The position numbers and the translations under genes were made by a program. A DNA stretch of 63,821 bases, filler included, from Octopus bimaculoides (lineage: Eukaryota): assembly GCF_001194135.2 (NCBI RefSeq). It is 5 parts of 5 records of this genome, joined end to end, with 100 filler letters (N's around TTAATTAATTAA, not from the genome) between each part and the next. Parts side by side here need not be neighbours in the genome. Positions count along the whole stretch, not along the records: positions 1 to 29,456 come from NC_068984.1; positions 29,557 to 40,050 come from NC_068992.1; 3 more parts are not named here. One strand, 5' to 3'. This document shows positions 12,674 to 34,100 of the stretch, piece after piece. The notes below the pieces were generated by a model, which searched no databases, had not been told where the DNA came from, and was given only the letters and a program-made list of their open reading frames with translations. The stretch's first letter is position 1. Each line of letters starts with the position of its first letter.

Positions 12674-15153
12674 CATATATTTATTTTTCTACTTTAATTA
12701 CAGTGTCTTATTTCCCTTCTATTACTCATTTTCCACTTTATCTCCTCTCCCCAAATTTAAATATTTACTCCAATTCTTGGATTGTATCTTACTGGCTAAT
12801 TTTATATACAAAAAAGGAAACTAAAAGTGGTATTTGTGAAGAAGGCAAATATCAGCAACTTTATGATTTTAAAAATGCTTTGTGTTTTGCAGTCAAATCC
12901 ATTACTTATCAAAATAGACACCAAAGCTGGACATGGAAGAGGGAAACCAACTGCCATGATTGTAAGTTATTTTCTGTTATTTTATGAGTGATGCCAAGCG
13001 CTCTTTCTTTATTATTTCCTATCTCTGTGAAATGACTGACATCTTCAGTTTCCTCTTCTCTAAACTGATGCTGACAACCACTGGTTGCGTGCACTCTCAT
13101 GCTTTTTGCCTTCTTAATGTTGATCTTGTGGCCAACTTTCATGGATGTTACACTCATTGCTGTGACTTTCTTGTCCATATCAGTGTTATGCTGGGAGAGA
13201 AGGGCAGTGTCATTGCTGAAATTGGTATCTTCTAAGTGGTGGAAGATGGACCATTCTACTCTGAGTTTACAATCTGTGATTATACAACATAAGAAGGACT
13301 TTGTATTCAAAAGTATCGGTCTTGTTTTTAATGAAAATATAGTCAATTTGCCTTGTATGTCCACCAGATTGATAGATGATCAGGGGACTGGTAGTTTTCT
13401 GTATAAGTTGTTGATCATCAAGTCATTTGCATCACAAAACCCCAAGATCTCTTGTTTTTTCCTCATTATTTTTGAGCTAAAGCCACAGCTTTCACGAATC
13501 CATTAGGTTGTTGCCCAGCCTCTAAGAGATCATTGCCATTGCGTTAATCTGCAAAAAGGCTTCAAAAAATTAGTTCTTTTCTTCATCTGTCAGTCCCATT
13601 TGAGGAATATATATAGAGATAAATGTTACTGTTGTTTCCCAAGACTAGTCTATACTTAAATATCCTATCACACTCTCTGACTACTTTGATCACTCATCTA
13701 GCCATTTCTCTGCCAAAGTATATCAACACCTCTCAACCATCATTATTGCCTACCTAAGAGAATTTATATCTTTGTTCCTCAGTTATGAAAAATCTTGCTG
13801 AGGCTCCCTTCCATCATACCTCTTGCAACATTTACATGCATTCCAACAATCTTATTAGACCTATCTTTAATCATATCTACATTTTGGCTTTTTTAAGGTT
13901 GTGGAGTTGAAGGGAAGAGTAAGTGGGGAGACAGCTTTCAGCATTTATAAAGAAGGTGATATGCTGTACTTAATAAAACTCAAGCTAAATGAAATCATAG
14001 TTGTGGCTGTTGTCAGCATCATGTAAATGGCACCTGTGGAATTGTAGTCGTGGCTAGTGTCATGTGAATGGCACCAGTGATTACACTCTGAGTGGTTTGT
14101 GTTGGTAAGGGCGTCCAGCTGGAGAAACCATGCCAAATCACAAGCAGCCTGGTGCAGCCCTCTGGCTTACTAGTTCCAGTCTAACCCGTTGCCACCATGA
14201 AAAGTGGACGTTAAATGATGAATTGCTTATGCAAATGTTTGCCTGAAGGCAGAGGGTTCTTGCACATATCCAATTACTCATATAGATATTAATGCTCAAT
14301 GAATTACCACATCCTCAGGGCCAAAGAAAAATAAAAAAAGCTACTGGGAGAAAAGAAAGTAGAAAATTAACAATGGTGTCTACAATCACTAAAGCAATCA
14401 GTTAACAAAATATGTACATATTTACAAAATAATAATGCTTGTAAATCTGCATGAAAATGCTATTGTATTGAACCTAAACAGATTACACAAGAAATGAGGA
14501 GATGGATAGCAAAAACACTGCAATTTTACCACATGCTGGAAGAAATGAGTGTTGTGTACTTACTTTTGTTGATGATTGTATGGGGGGCTGAATTCATAGC
14601 ATAATGTACTAGTATTAACCCCCCCCCCCTAGTAAAATACAGAGGCTCATCAATATTTTTCAACATTTAAAATCTTAAAAGCAGCATGATACTTCAACAA
14701 CTATCAATTAAAATAATGAAACGTGTATGCACAGTAACTCATTGCAACAAGTCATTAGGAGTGGAAAGTTTGTCATGCACACAATGTAACACTCATGATG
14801 GGATAGGAACTGTTGACCCTTTCTATTCTTTGGCCCTGCATATTTGGGGTTCTATTATGCAAATGACTTGATGATCAGCAACACCAACTTAAAAAGAAAA
14901 AACAGACTACCAGTCACTTGATCGCTTATTAATTTACTCGGTTGTTCTAGCATCTTGTTTAACCTATTAAATTTGAAAATATAAGTGGAATATGTAAACT
15001 TTGTTATATTTGTATTGAATTGAAGTGAGTTCAATTCCAGTTTGAAGCCAGCCATTTAGCTAAATTTTTGTTTTAATTTTTCAGATTCAAGAACAAACAG
15101 ATATGTACTGTTTTATTGTGAAGAGTCTGGGACTTGATTGGTTCGACCATTGA
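2400..15153 (+). CDS. PREP: Prolyl endopeptidase (prolyl oligopeptidase, S9A); 5'-partial spliced CDS, 14 exons, 474 aa + stop
   Basis: Exons 2400-2515, 2925-2974, 3993-4088, 4192-4296, 5875-5979, 6383-6463, 7180-7293, 8268-8416, 9091-9207, 9787-9882, 11143-11244, 12388-12544, 12893-12961, 15085-15153. All are GT-AG and phase-compatible. The translation is collinear with vertebrate PREP ([41 protein letters not shown], Gx[21 protein letters not shown]). Triad codons: Ser 9806-9808, Asp 12467-12469, His 12932-12934. Confidence 0.98.
2925..2974 (+). CDS. PREP: PREP exon ([17 protein letters not shown])
   Basis: ttcag/gtaact; KLIDNF motif; phase 1 to 0. Confidence 0.95.
3198..3432 (+). mobile_element. 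SINE family A (tRNA-like head), representative copy
   Basis: A-box-like TGGCAGAAGCATTAG and B-box GAGTTCAAATTCC. Other copies: 9537-9733(+), 16871-17062(-), 17095-17306(-), 18593-18805(-), 18823-19018(-), 19018-19185(-), 33396-33604(-), 35743-35944(-), 60778-60972(-), 61155-61371(-); degenerate copies near 1380 and 8050. Confidence 0.85.
3993..4088 (+). CDS. PREP: PREP exon ([32 protein letters not shown])
   Basis: tacag/gtaatt; 32 codons. Confidence 0.96.
4192..4296 (+). CDS. PREP: PREP exon ([35 protein letters not shown])
   Basis: cacag/gtaatt; 35 codons. Confidence 0.96.
5875..5979 (+). CDS. PREP: PREP exon ([35 protein letters not shown])
   Basis: tctag/gtgagt; 35 codons. Confidence 0.95.
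6197..6308. repeat. 22-bp palindromic minisatellite, 5 copies
   Basis: Unit AATATTAACAYATAGATGTGTT. Confidence 0.9.
6383..6463 (+). CDS. PREP: PREP exon ([27 protein letters not shown])
   Basis: tgtag/gtaagt; SFLTPGIIY motif. Confidence 0.96.
7180..7293 (+). CDS. PREP: PREP exon ([38 protein letters not shown])
   Basis: aacag/gtaaga; YPSKDGT motif at the propeller-catalytic hinge. Confidence 0.97.
8268..8416 (+). CDS. PREP: PREP exon ([50 protein letters not shown])
   Basis: ttcag/gtaagt; LYGYGGF and ANIRGGG motifs. Confidence 0.97.
8505..8712 (+). repeat. Interspersed repeat resembling a Penelope terminal (pLTR) fragment with a degenerate hammerhead-like motif
   Basis: CAGTTGA-A-GAGC-GTAG-GCTT-GAAAC-GTC at 8590-8617; a related motif occurs at 54547-54572. 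Confidence 0.45.
9091..9207 (+). CDS. PREP: PREP exon ([38 protein letters not shown])
   Basis: attag/gtaagt; KQNVFDDF motif. Confidence 0.97.
9787..9882 (+). CDS. PREP: PREP exon with catalytic Ser ([32 protein letters not shown])
   Basis: tgcag/gtaagt; GxSNGG nucleophile elbow. Confidence 0.97.
11143..11244 (+). CDS. PREP: PREP exon ([33 protein letters not shown])
   Basis: ttcag/gtaaga; FTIGHAW motif. Confidence 0.97.
12388..12544 (+). CDS. PREP: PREP exon with catalytic Asp ([10 protein letters not shown]...[21 protein letters not shown]...KKQ)
   Basis: ttcag/gtgaga; YSPLHN and DHDDRVVP motifs. Confidence 0.98.
12893..12961 (+). CDS. PREP: PREP exon with catalytic His ([23 protein letters not shown])
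   Basis: tgcag/gtaagt; AGHGxGKP motif. Confidence 0.97.
13000..13270 (-). mobile_element. RTE-clade LINE reverse-transcriptase remnant in the last PREP intron
   Basis: Minus translation [21 protein letters not shown]...[14 protein letters not shown]...EDVSHFT resembles the RTE RT segment LEDLDFADDIALLS...GLKIN..KTK. Confidence 0.75.
15085..15153 (+). CDS. PREP: PREP terminal coding exon ([22 protein letters not shown])
   Basis: ttcag acceptor; matches the PREP C-terminal helix; TGA at 15151-15153. Confidence 0.94.
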   Translation: MQEQTDMYCFIVKSLGLDWFDH

Positions 15154-15211
15154 TTATTCTAATCACTTCTTGCTTTGGTAATCAACTGAATCATAATTCA
15201 AACAATTTGAT

Positions 15212-15217
15212 AATAAA
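15212..15217 (+). promoter_or_regulatory. Candidate polyadenylation signal of PREP (AATAAA; second candidate at 15449-15454)
   Basis: Canonical hexamer about 60 nt after the stop; position only, no transcript data. Confidence 0.4.
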
Positions 15218-15860
15218 AGTTGTCTTTCTGTCATCAAAATGTTTGAGTTTTCTTTCCACACACACACGACAGGCTTCTTTCAGTTTCTGTCTACCAAATC
15301 CACTCACCACTTGCAAGGTTTTGGTCTGTCTGAGGCTATTAGTAGAAGATCTGGATCTTTTATGTTTGGCTACCAATTTTCCATCCCTTCAATCGATGTC
15401 ATATATGGTAATCAATGCCTTGAAATTCATTTTTGCCATAAATCTATAAATAAAGAGTTAATAGCTTTAAAGTTTGAAAATTTTGAGTAATTTTAACCAA
15501 TCGTAAGCCATAGACATATTCATGCCTGTTTCCATAGTAACAAGCCAAGCATGTATGTGTTGACAAATATATTCTATTCATTGATTTGGTAGATGGAAAC
15601 TGAAAGAAGCCTGTCGTATATATGTGTTTGTGTGTCTGTGTTTGTCCCCCTAACATTGCTTGACAACCGATGCTGGTGTGTTTGTCCCCGTCACTTAGCG
15701 GTTCGGCAAAAGAGACTGATAGAATAAGTACTAGGCTTACAAAGAATAAGTCCTGGGGTCGATTTGCTCGACTAAAGGCGGTGCTCCAGCATGGCCACAG
15801 TCAAATGGCTGAAACAAGTAAGAGTAAATTGATGCTATCATTCTCCATGTTTTCTACCTG

Positions 15861-16161
15861 AATCTCTCATTATCAACAGCAATTTTTTTTCCTTCTCTCA
15901 CCATCTGTCTCTCACCATCTGTCTCTCTCTTCATGTTTGTTTGTTTGTTTATCGTTTTCTTATACAGTATCTGGTTTTTATCTCATCTCTTTCTCTGGAG
16001 ATTAAAAAGTTTCTCTTAAGTTTAAAAAGAATTTTCTCTCCAGAGAAAGATGAGATAAAAACCAGATACTGTATAAGAAAATGATAAACAAACAAACATG
16101 AAGAGAGGCAGACAGACAGATGGTGAGAGAAGGAAAGAAATTTGTTGATAACGAGGGATTC
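15861..16161. repeat. Long inverted repeat (arms about 125-140 bp, loop about 35 nt) between the convergent PREP and GGT 3' ends
   Basis: 15861-16000 is the reverse complement of about 16037-16161, with few mismatches or indels. Confidence 0.92.
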
Positions 16162-18014
16162 TTACATTTTTTTTGTTATGTCTTTTCTTTTACTGGTTTC
16201 AGTCATTGGACTGCAGCCATGCTGGAGCACCACTTTGTAGGGGTTTATTCTTCCATCCCAATTGATTCACAAGTCCTGTAAAATTATTCTTATGAGAAAT
16301 AATTGTATGACAAAAATGACCACATTTTTTTGGTGTTAAGTATACAAAAATATTCAAAATTGCATTTAAAAACATTGCTGTTTTATATTTCAAAATAAAT
16401 TTATACACAAGTTCCCAGTGAGATGGGGAATAATAATATAATATATATAGCAGCATCTGAATAAAAGTAGACATAGAAACAATTCACATTAAGATATGTT
16501 GATAATTTTTCATATAGGCTCCAGGCCGTTCATTTTGGATGGAGAAAGCAAGCAATTATATCAACGCCATTACTTGAATGAACTGATCTAATCAACTGCT
16601 CAAAGAGAGCAAAGTTGATTTTGGTGGAATCTGAATTCAAACTGAGGTTCTTTAAAACCATTTTGTCTGGTGCTTTGCACAAGACCTTAACTCTAGAGGA
16701 AGGAGTATAGTTGATTTAATTAATCCTAGTACTAGATTGGTACTTAGTTTATGAACTGTGTAGGGGAAAAAATGCAAAGTAAATCCCAATAGGATTTGAA
16801 CTCTGAACATGACAAGGTGTTTTCGTTTGTCATGCTAATGATTCTGTTCTTTCTTAATGATAAAAGGTAAAAATTCTTCTGAATTTTGGTACAAGGCCAG
16901 CAGTTTTGAGGAGAGATGTCAAAGTGATTATATCGACCCCTTCACTGGTACTTTATTTTATTAACCCCCAAGAGAATGAAAGGTAAAGTTGAACTCAGCA
17001 GAATTTGAACTCAGAACATTAAGAGCGGGAAGAAATGCTAATAATTCCACCAAATTGCTGCCCTTCTATAATAACAAAAACTAATAATTCTTTTTAATTT
17101 TGGAAGAAGACCAGCAATTTTGAGGGGAGGGGCAAGTCGATTATATCCACTCCAGTACTTGACTGGAACTTTATTTTATCGACTCCGAAAGGATAAATGG
17201 CAAAGTTCAAACCCTTGGCAGGATTTGAACTCAGAATGTAAAGAGCCAGAAGAAAAGCCACTACGCCATTTATTTGGCTTACTAACGATTCTGCCAGCAT
17301 GCCACCTTAATAATAATAATAATAAACAACTTTCTACTTATGAAGCACAAGAACTGAAATTTTGTGGGGTGGGTTTTATTCTGTTACATTGAGGCAAAAG
17401 AATTGAAAGACAAAGTTAATGTCAGTGACATTTGAACCCAGGGCATTAGGCTGGAAGAACTGCCTCAAAGCATTTTCCTGATGTGCTAACAATCCTGCCA
17501 AATCATCATCATCGTCGTTTAACGTCCGCTTTCCATTCTGGCATGGGTTGGACGATTTGACTGAGGACTGGTGAAACCAGATGACTACACCAGGCTCCAA
17601 TTGGATTTGGCAGAGTTTCTACAGCTGGATGCCCTTCCTAACGCCAACCACTCAGAGAGTGTAGTGGGTGCCGTCTTAAAAATAACTAATAAGCAATAAT
17701 AACAATTTATGAAACATTAAATATTAAAAGAAAGGAAGATAACAATTATTAAAATGATATTTTTTACCTGTCATGGCAATTTGTATAGTTTAAAAGAACC
17801 AAACCAAAGGTGAGAGAAATTTGTCTGTGTGCGTATGTATGTGTTTCTGTACATATTTGAGATATATGCTTGGTCTTGTATACGTGTGTGTACATATACA
17901 TTGAGATATGTGCATGGTCCCCGTATACTTGTATAAACGTGTGTGAGTATATATTTCAGTGGAAACATCTGGTAAAATCTTCCTCCATTGTCTGATATTG
18001 AATCCTGTCACAGT

Positions 18015-18020
18015 TTTATT
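18015..18020 (-). promoter_or_regulatory. Candidate polyadenylation signal of the GGT gene (AATAAA on the minus strand)
   Basis: Hexamer about 23 nt after the stop codon; position only. Confidence 0.35.
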
Positions 18021-18042
18021 TTTGTCTCCCAGAAGAGGTTAT

Positions 18043-28551
<10,509 letters not shown>

Positions 28552-29165
28552 CTGGAAAGGGAGAAAAATGGAAAATAATTCAATAATACCATATGAAACA
28601 ACATTTTAGAAAATGCAAAATCTAAAGGTTAAAATTTGACTGCAACAAACAAATCCACAAATGGTTGCTGAGGAATAATGCTAATGGCCAATAAACCTTT
28701 AATGGGAAAGTCTAGATGAATTCAATCAGTATATAACAACGAACTCTCTGAGTCATACTACACTCTCTGAGTGGTTGGCGTTAGGAAGGGCATCCAGCTG
28801 TAGAAACGCTGCCAAATTAGATTGGAGCCTGGTGTTGCCATCCGGTTTCACCAGTCCTCAGTCAAATCGTCCAACCCATGCTAGCATGGAAGGCGGACGT
28901 TAAACGATGATGATGATGATGGTGATGAACACAAACACCAAATATATTCAATTCAGTTCTTGATATCAAAACTGTGAAGGTTTGGGAAAGCTGGATATGG
29001 ATTTGAATTCCAAATCAAGTGTAAAAGGCTATTAAGAAAATATGGAAAATATAAAATGGAAAAGATAAAAGTTGAATATAGTCATGGATTTAATGAAACA
29101 CACACAAATACACACACACTTATGTGTGTGTCCTTTGATTAATTTTAATCTTTCAGATATATATA

Positions 29166-29320
29166 TATATATCCAAAGTTTTAAATTTAGATTTAAGAGA
29201 GAGATTTGACGCTAATATCCATTATTGTAATTTATGTTGACATAGGAATAAATTACAATAATAATGGATATTAGCGTCAAATCTCTCTCTTAAATTTAAA
29301 TTTAAAACTTTGGATATATA
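29166..29320. repeat. Near-perfect hairpin (arms about 68 bp, loop about 16 nt)
   Basis: ATCCAAAGTTTTAAATTTAGATTTAAGAGAGAGATTTGACGCTAATATCCATTATTGTAATTT is mirrored at 29250-29320 with one mismatch and one 3-nt indel. Confidence 0.95.
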
Positions 29321-29419
29321 AACAAGGAGAACGATCCCTAAGGAGTCTAATTTAGACTTTTTTGCGGTGAAATCTCTTGCTATATTGGTAATGATTACAT
29401 GGTTTTCTATGAAAAATTA

Positions 29420-29456
<37 letters not shown>

Positions 29457-29556
29457 NNNNNNNNNNNNNNNNNNNNNNNNNNNNNNNNNNNNNNNNNNNN
29501 TTAATTAATTAANNNNNNNNNNNNNNNNNNNNNNNNNNNNNNNNNNNNNNNNNNNN
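29457..29556. other. Assembly spacer: 44 N + TTAATTAATTAA + 44 N (also at 40051-40150, 58431-58530, 62364-62463)
   Basis: The identical 100-bp construct occurs four times, and TTAATTAATTAA gives stops in all six frames, so it is technical, not biological. Confidence 0.95.
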
Positions 29557-29905
29557 TATATATATATATATATATTTCGCTTAACAATTATTGTGTCATG
29601 AGTACAAGGACTAACTACGTCGTTTCGTTTGTCATTACCATTTAGTAGTCTTCTGGCTATTAGCTTCGTTTTAGCAAGTAATTCTCATGGAATTTCCATT
29701 CTGATATATTGGAATAATAATTCCGATTACAAAACAGCGAAGAATAGTAGATGTGCTTTGGTTTCTTTTTCCCCATTTATCTGGAGCAACTTGGAAATCG
29801 GTGGGTACTATATTTTGCCTTCTAATGCGACCATCTATAATTCTCCAAAATTTCGACGGTATTACTCAACAGTGTAGACTTGTAGAGTTTGCAATTTTTT
29901 ATATA

Positions 29906-31106
29906 TAGGATGCGATGCGCAAATTGTCGGAATTTTATATTTTTAATTATGCACATGCGCATTGTTTGTTTTTGATTTCGTCGACTACAAGGTATAGTCA
30001 GTTCAAGTGGGCACAGTCTGTTGGTAAAACAACACCATGACGTAATTCACTCTGCCAAGAATTTGGAAAAGACATGCTGTACTGGTTGGCATTCACGCGC
30101 GAAGCTCCAATACGAGCATTTGAGAGTGTTTGGGTGTCAATCTGAGGACAGTGCACAAGATTCTGAAAGAGTTGGATGAGGGTAGTGGTGATTACAAAGG
30201 TACGGCAGCTCGGAGCACTCATTCTGATCATTCTGATGAGAAAAGAACTCCTGAGTTTATTGATGAGATGCAGGCCATGATTGACAATGATCCCCTACCA
30301 AGACAATCGGGTCCATTGCCAGGGAGATGGGACTGTCTAATTTTCTTAACAGGCAGGTAGTGCATGAAGACATTTGGTATTCCTCATACAAGATGAGAAA
30401 GAGACAATTTTTATCCCAAGCCGTCAAGGAGAAGAGGAAAAACTGCACTATGAAGCTTTTGAACAAACTCCATCATCCCCTCCAACCGATAAGGTTTTGC
30501 TTTTTCTTAGACGGGAACAATTTCTGCCAGGATCCGGTAATAAACACCCAGAGCAACCCTTGGCTTGACGTGTTCCCAAAACTTGTACCTAGAGTGATAA
30601 GAATCAAACATCCGGTCAACACCATAGTATTTGAAGTGATCGCTAATGATGGCGACGATATGCATCTACTCATCTTCCCACACGGCCTCAGACTCGACAG
30701 AGAAGCCTACATCAAGTGCCTGGAGGAGAACAATTTCTGCGACCACATCACCTCAAAAATCTGACCACATAACTCCCCAGATTGGTAACACCATCGATTA
30801 TTACGTGTGGGGTGCAGTTAACCGAGAGACCAACAAAACTCCTGGTAACACCAAAGATGAACTGAAGGCAAGGATTATGGCAGCATCCGCCAACATAAAC
30901 AAGGAGACCGTCTAGAAGAAGTACAGAAGATTCTGATGTCATCTGAAGGCTTTTGGTTGAAGCCAATGAAGATTTTATTGGATAAATTTACTGTTTAGTA
31001 TTTCAAGATATTTTATGTAATCATGGTAAATATATCTATTAAAATGAAATTTAGTGTTTCTTTCATTTTTGCCCAATTTAGACGACAATTTATTCACCGC
31101 ACCCTG
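29906..31106 (+). mobile_element. IS630-Tc1-mariner DNA transposon (maT/DD37D-like), decayed and internally deleted, about 1.2 kb
   Basis: Imperfect TIRs (TAGGATGCGATGCGCAAATTGTCG / CGACAATTTATTCACCGCACCCTG) flanked by TA. Transposase remnants FLDGNNF, KHP....F..I..DG, P.NSPD...DYYVWG, TKDELKARI. The subfamily is a guess because the DDD spacer is deleted. Confidence 0.8.
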
Positions 31107-34100
31107 TATATTGGAGTATAATTTACAAAATATAACCAAGAATCAATTATCCCCACATTGGCTGAACTCTCTCTGATATCTCTGTGAATGAAAGACCTGA
31201 GAAAATACTGATTAATATTAACAAACTCTTCGTACGAATATTGAGGATGACTGGACGCAGTCGCTTATATGATAGCTACTGCATCCTCCTGCCAGTTAAC
31301 ATTTAGGAAACTTAGCACTTAAGTATAGTTCTAGATGAATATCCCTGTTTAAAATACAGAGTGAATTACGCCTCGTGAAATTTAATCGTAAGTCTGCCCG
31401 CTGAGATTTGACCAAGAGCTTTGAAAAGAAGAGCACACGACCACTTACAAATTTGCACATCTGCACAATGGTGGTTTCATCCCATTACTTACAGGCCTTA
31501 CGTTATTAATGCTCTGCACTAGAATCACATTTCACTTGGTCGAATCATCTCACATGTACAACGAATCAAATCAAATTATAATCACCAGTTACATGAACCT
31601 GCAAGTAATAATCTCTAAATTGAAAGAACTTGGAAACTGATTTCTGCACTACAAAGACGAACATAACTCAGATAAGACCGCAAGTCTTATTTAAATTGTA
31701 TATGTATTTTAGTAAATTGAAATTGCCTAGAATACAATCTCTACCTACTGAAATCCAGAGTCTTAGATCAAATATGGGTTCTTATTTTTCAGAAACGAAC
31801 GAATTAACCATTCAACCCTGCCTATGTCCAAATGTACCGTATAAGGTACCATTGATTCTTTCGATATGGAAGCAATGTTATACATTATTATCACGCAGAC
31901 TAAAAACTCTAATCGATGGAGTCACTCATTCTGCTGGAAATAGCCGCTTAAACACTATACGAATTTCAAATAGAAAAAACACATTTGGCGATACATACCG
32001 ATAATGTACCTACGAATAAAGCCGTGATAGTGACAGCTGAAATTCCTTTGATATTAGGTTTGATTAATCAAAGCCGACTTGGTGCAAAACAACAACAACA
32101 AAAGAACAGGGAAAAAACGAGATAAAAGACAACCTAAGTGAATAAATCTCTTAAAACGAAAACCAGAAGTGGAGAAGTTTGGTCATGGGAGTTATATTAA
32201 TAGCAGATTTCACAATACGGAAATCAATCCACAGGATTTTGCCCTAGCAACAATCTAACAGCAGACAGCAGAGACTAAAAATGTTCTGATGGCTGAAAGA
32301 AACTTGATGTTAAAAGTAAAATAATATCAAACCCCGTCGATAACGAATAAGAGACAGCCAGACACAGCATCATCCTTTTGAATGTAACCTAGAATAAAAC
32401 GGCAATAACAACTGCCATTAAAAAAATCATTTCATCTAAGGGAGATAAGAGTAGGAAGGTCTTAAACTTCGTTCGACTTTGGAAGCGTAGTGACGTTTCA
32501 TGCCAAAGTTTGAAGTAGTAAATAAGGAAATTTGAAACATCCTTAAAGAAATTGACAAACNNNNNNNNNNNNNNNNNNNNNNNNNNNNNNNNNNNNNNNN
32601 NNNNNNNNNNNNNNNNNNNNNNNNNNNNNNNNNNNNNNNNNNNNNNNNNNNNNNNNNNNNNNNNNNNNNNNNNNNNNNNNNNNNNNNNNNNNNNNNNNNN
32701 NNNNNNNNNNNNNNNNNNNNNNNNNNNNNNNNNNNNNNNNNNNNNNNNNNNNNNNNNNNNNNNNNNNNNNNNNNNNNNNNNNNNNNNNNNNNNNNNNNNN
32801 NNNNNNNNNNNNNNNNNNNNNNNNNNNNNNNNNNNNNNNNNNNNNNNNNNNNNNNNNNNNNNNNNNNNNNNNNNNNNNNNNNNNNNNNNNNNNNNNNNNN
32901 NNNNNNNNNNNNNNNNNNNNNNNNNNNNNNNNNNNNNNNNNNNNNNNNNNNNNNNNNNNNNNNNNNNNNNNNNNNNNNNNNNNNNNNNNNNNNNNNNNNN
33001 NNNNNNNNNNNNNNNNNNNNNNNNNNNNNNNNNNNNNNNNNNNNNNNNNNNNNNNNNNNNNNNNNNNNNNNNNNNATATATATATACATACACACATTCA
33101 AAAAAATTAAAATGTATAGCGAGACACACCAAAAACGTGTCGAAGGTTACGTTTCATTTATTCACTCGAAGGTTAAGATTCATTCTGTTGTTATTCCGAT
33201 GTCTTTTTCCATGGCGTTCTTTTACTCTGACAAAAGAAAATTTACACAATGCAGAGGCATTTTCAGCTGCATATACACATCGTTGTACTCGCCCTCCAAT
33301 CCTCCAAATCCTCCTCCTTCTCCTCCTCCTTCTCCTCCTCCTCCTCCTCCAATTCATCATCACCATCATCATTATCCACCCCTATATATTTATTTTTCAT
33401 TGCCCACAGAGGGCTAAACATAGAGAGGACAAAGTAGGACAGACAAAGGACAGACAAAGGGATTAAATCAATTACATCGATCCCAGTGCATAACTGGTAC
33501 TTATTTAATCAACTCCGAAAGGATAAAAGGCAAAGTCGAACTTGGCAGACGAAATACCACTAAGCAATTCGCCCGGCGTGCCCACAGTTTTGCCAGCTCG
33601 CCGCACTTTCATTATTTACCCCTACATATTACTGATTCGAATCCTAGGACACGTAGGGACGGTATCCATGGCATATAAATGACCGAGATCACAACATCAC
33701 CCTTGTACGTGACACCCATTCTCAGGTAGGTTTACGCTTTCATAGCTGATGTGGACTAGCAATAGGGAATGAAATATTTTTGCTCAAATTCCAACTCACC
33801 ACCACTTCCGTGCATCAAAAACACGATCTTTCCATCTGCACACACACACACACACACACATATATATCATCATCATCATCATCATCATCGTTTAACGTCC
33901 GCTTTCCATGCTAGCATGGGTTGGACGATTTGACTGAGGACTGGTGAAACCGGATGGCAACACCAGGCTCCAATCTAATTTGGCAGAGTTTCTACAGCTG
34001 GATGCCCTTCCTAACGCCAACTGATATATATANNNNNNNNNNNNNNNNNNNNNNNNNNNNNNNNNNNNNNNNNNNNNNNNNNNNNNNNNNNNNNNNNNNN

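Noticed and set aside
29501-29512. TTAATTAATTAA islands inside N runs (also 40095, 58475, 62408) as a conserved motif or CRISPR-like repeat
   Set aside because: An identical 44N+12+44N construct four times is an assembly spacer with six-frame stops.
31150-31200. Minus-strand acceptor followed by SFIHRDIRESSANVGIIDS as an upstream GGT exon or kinase HRD motif
   Set aside because: It lacks the D.RE motif (reads DSW), has no convincing donor and runs into the transposon TIR.
31630-32004. 124-aa + strand ORF (METDFCTTK...)
   Set aside because: It starts at TTG, has no recognisable motif and no splice context; consistent with a chance ORF.
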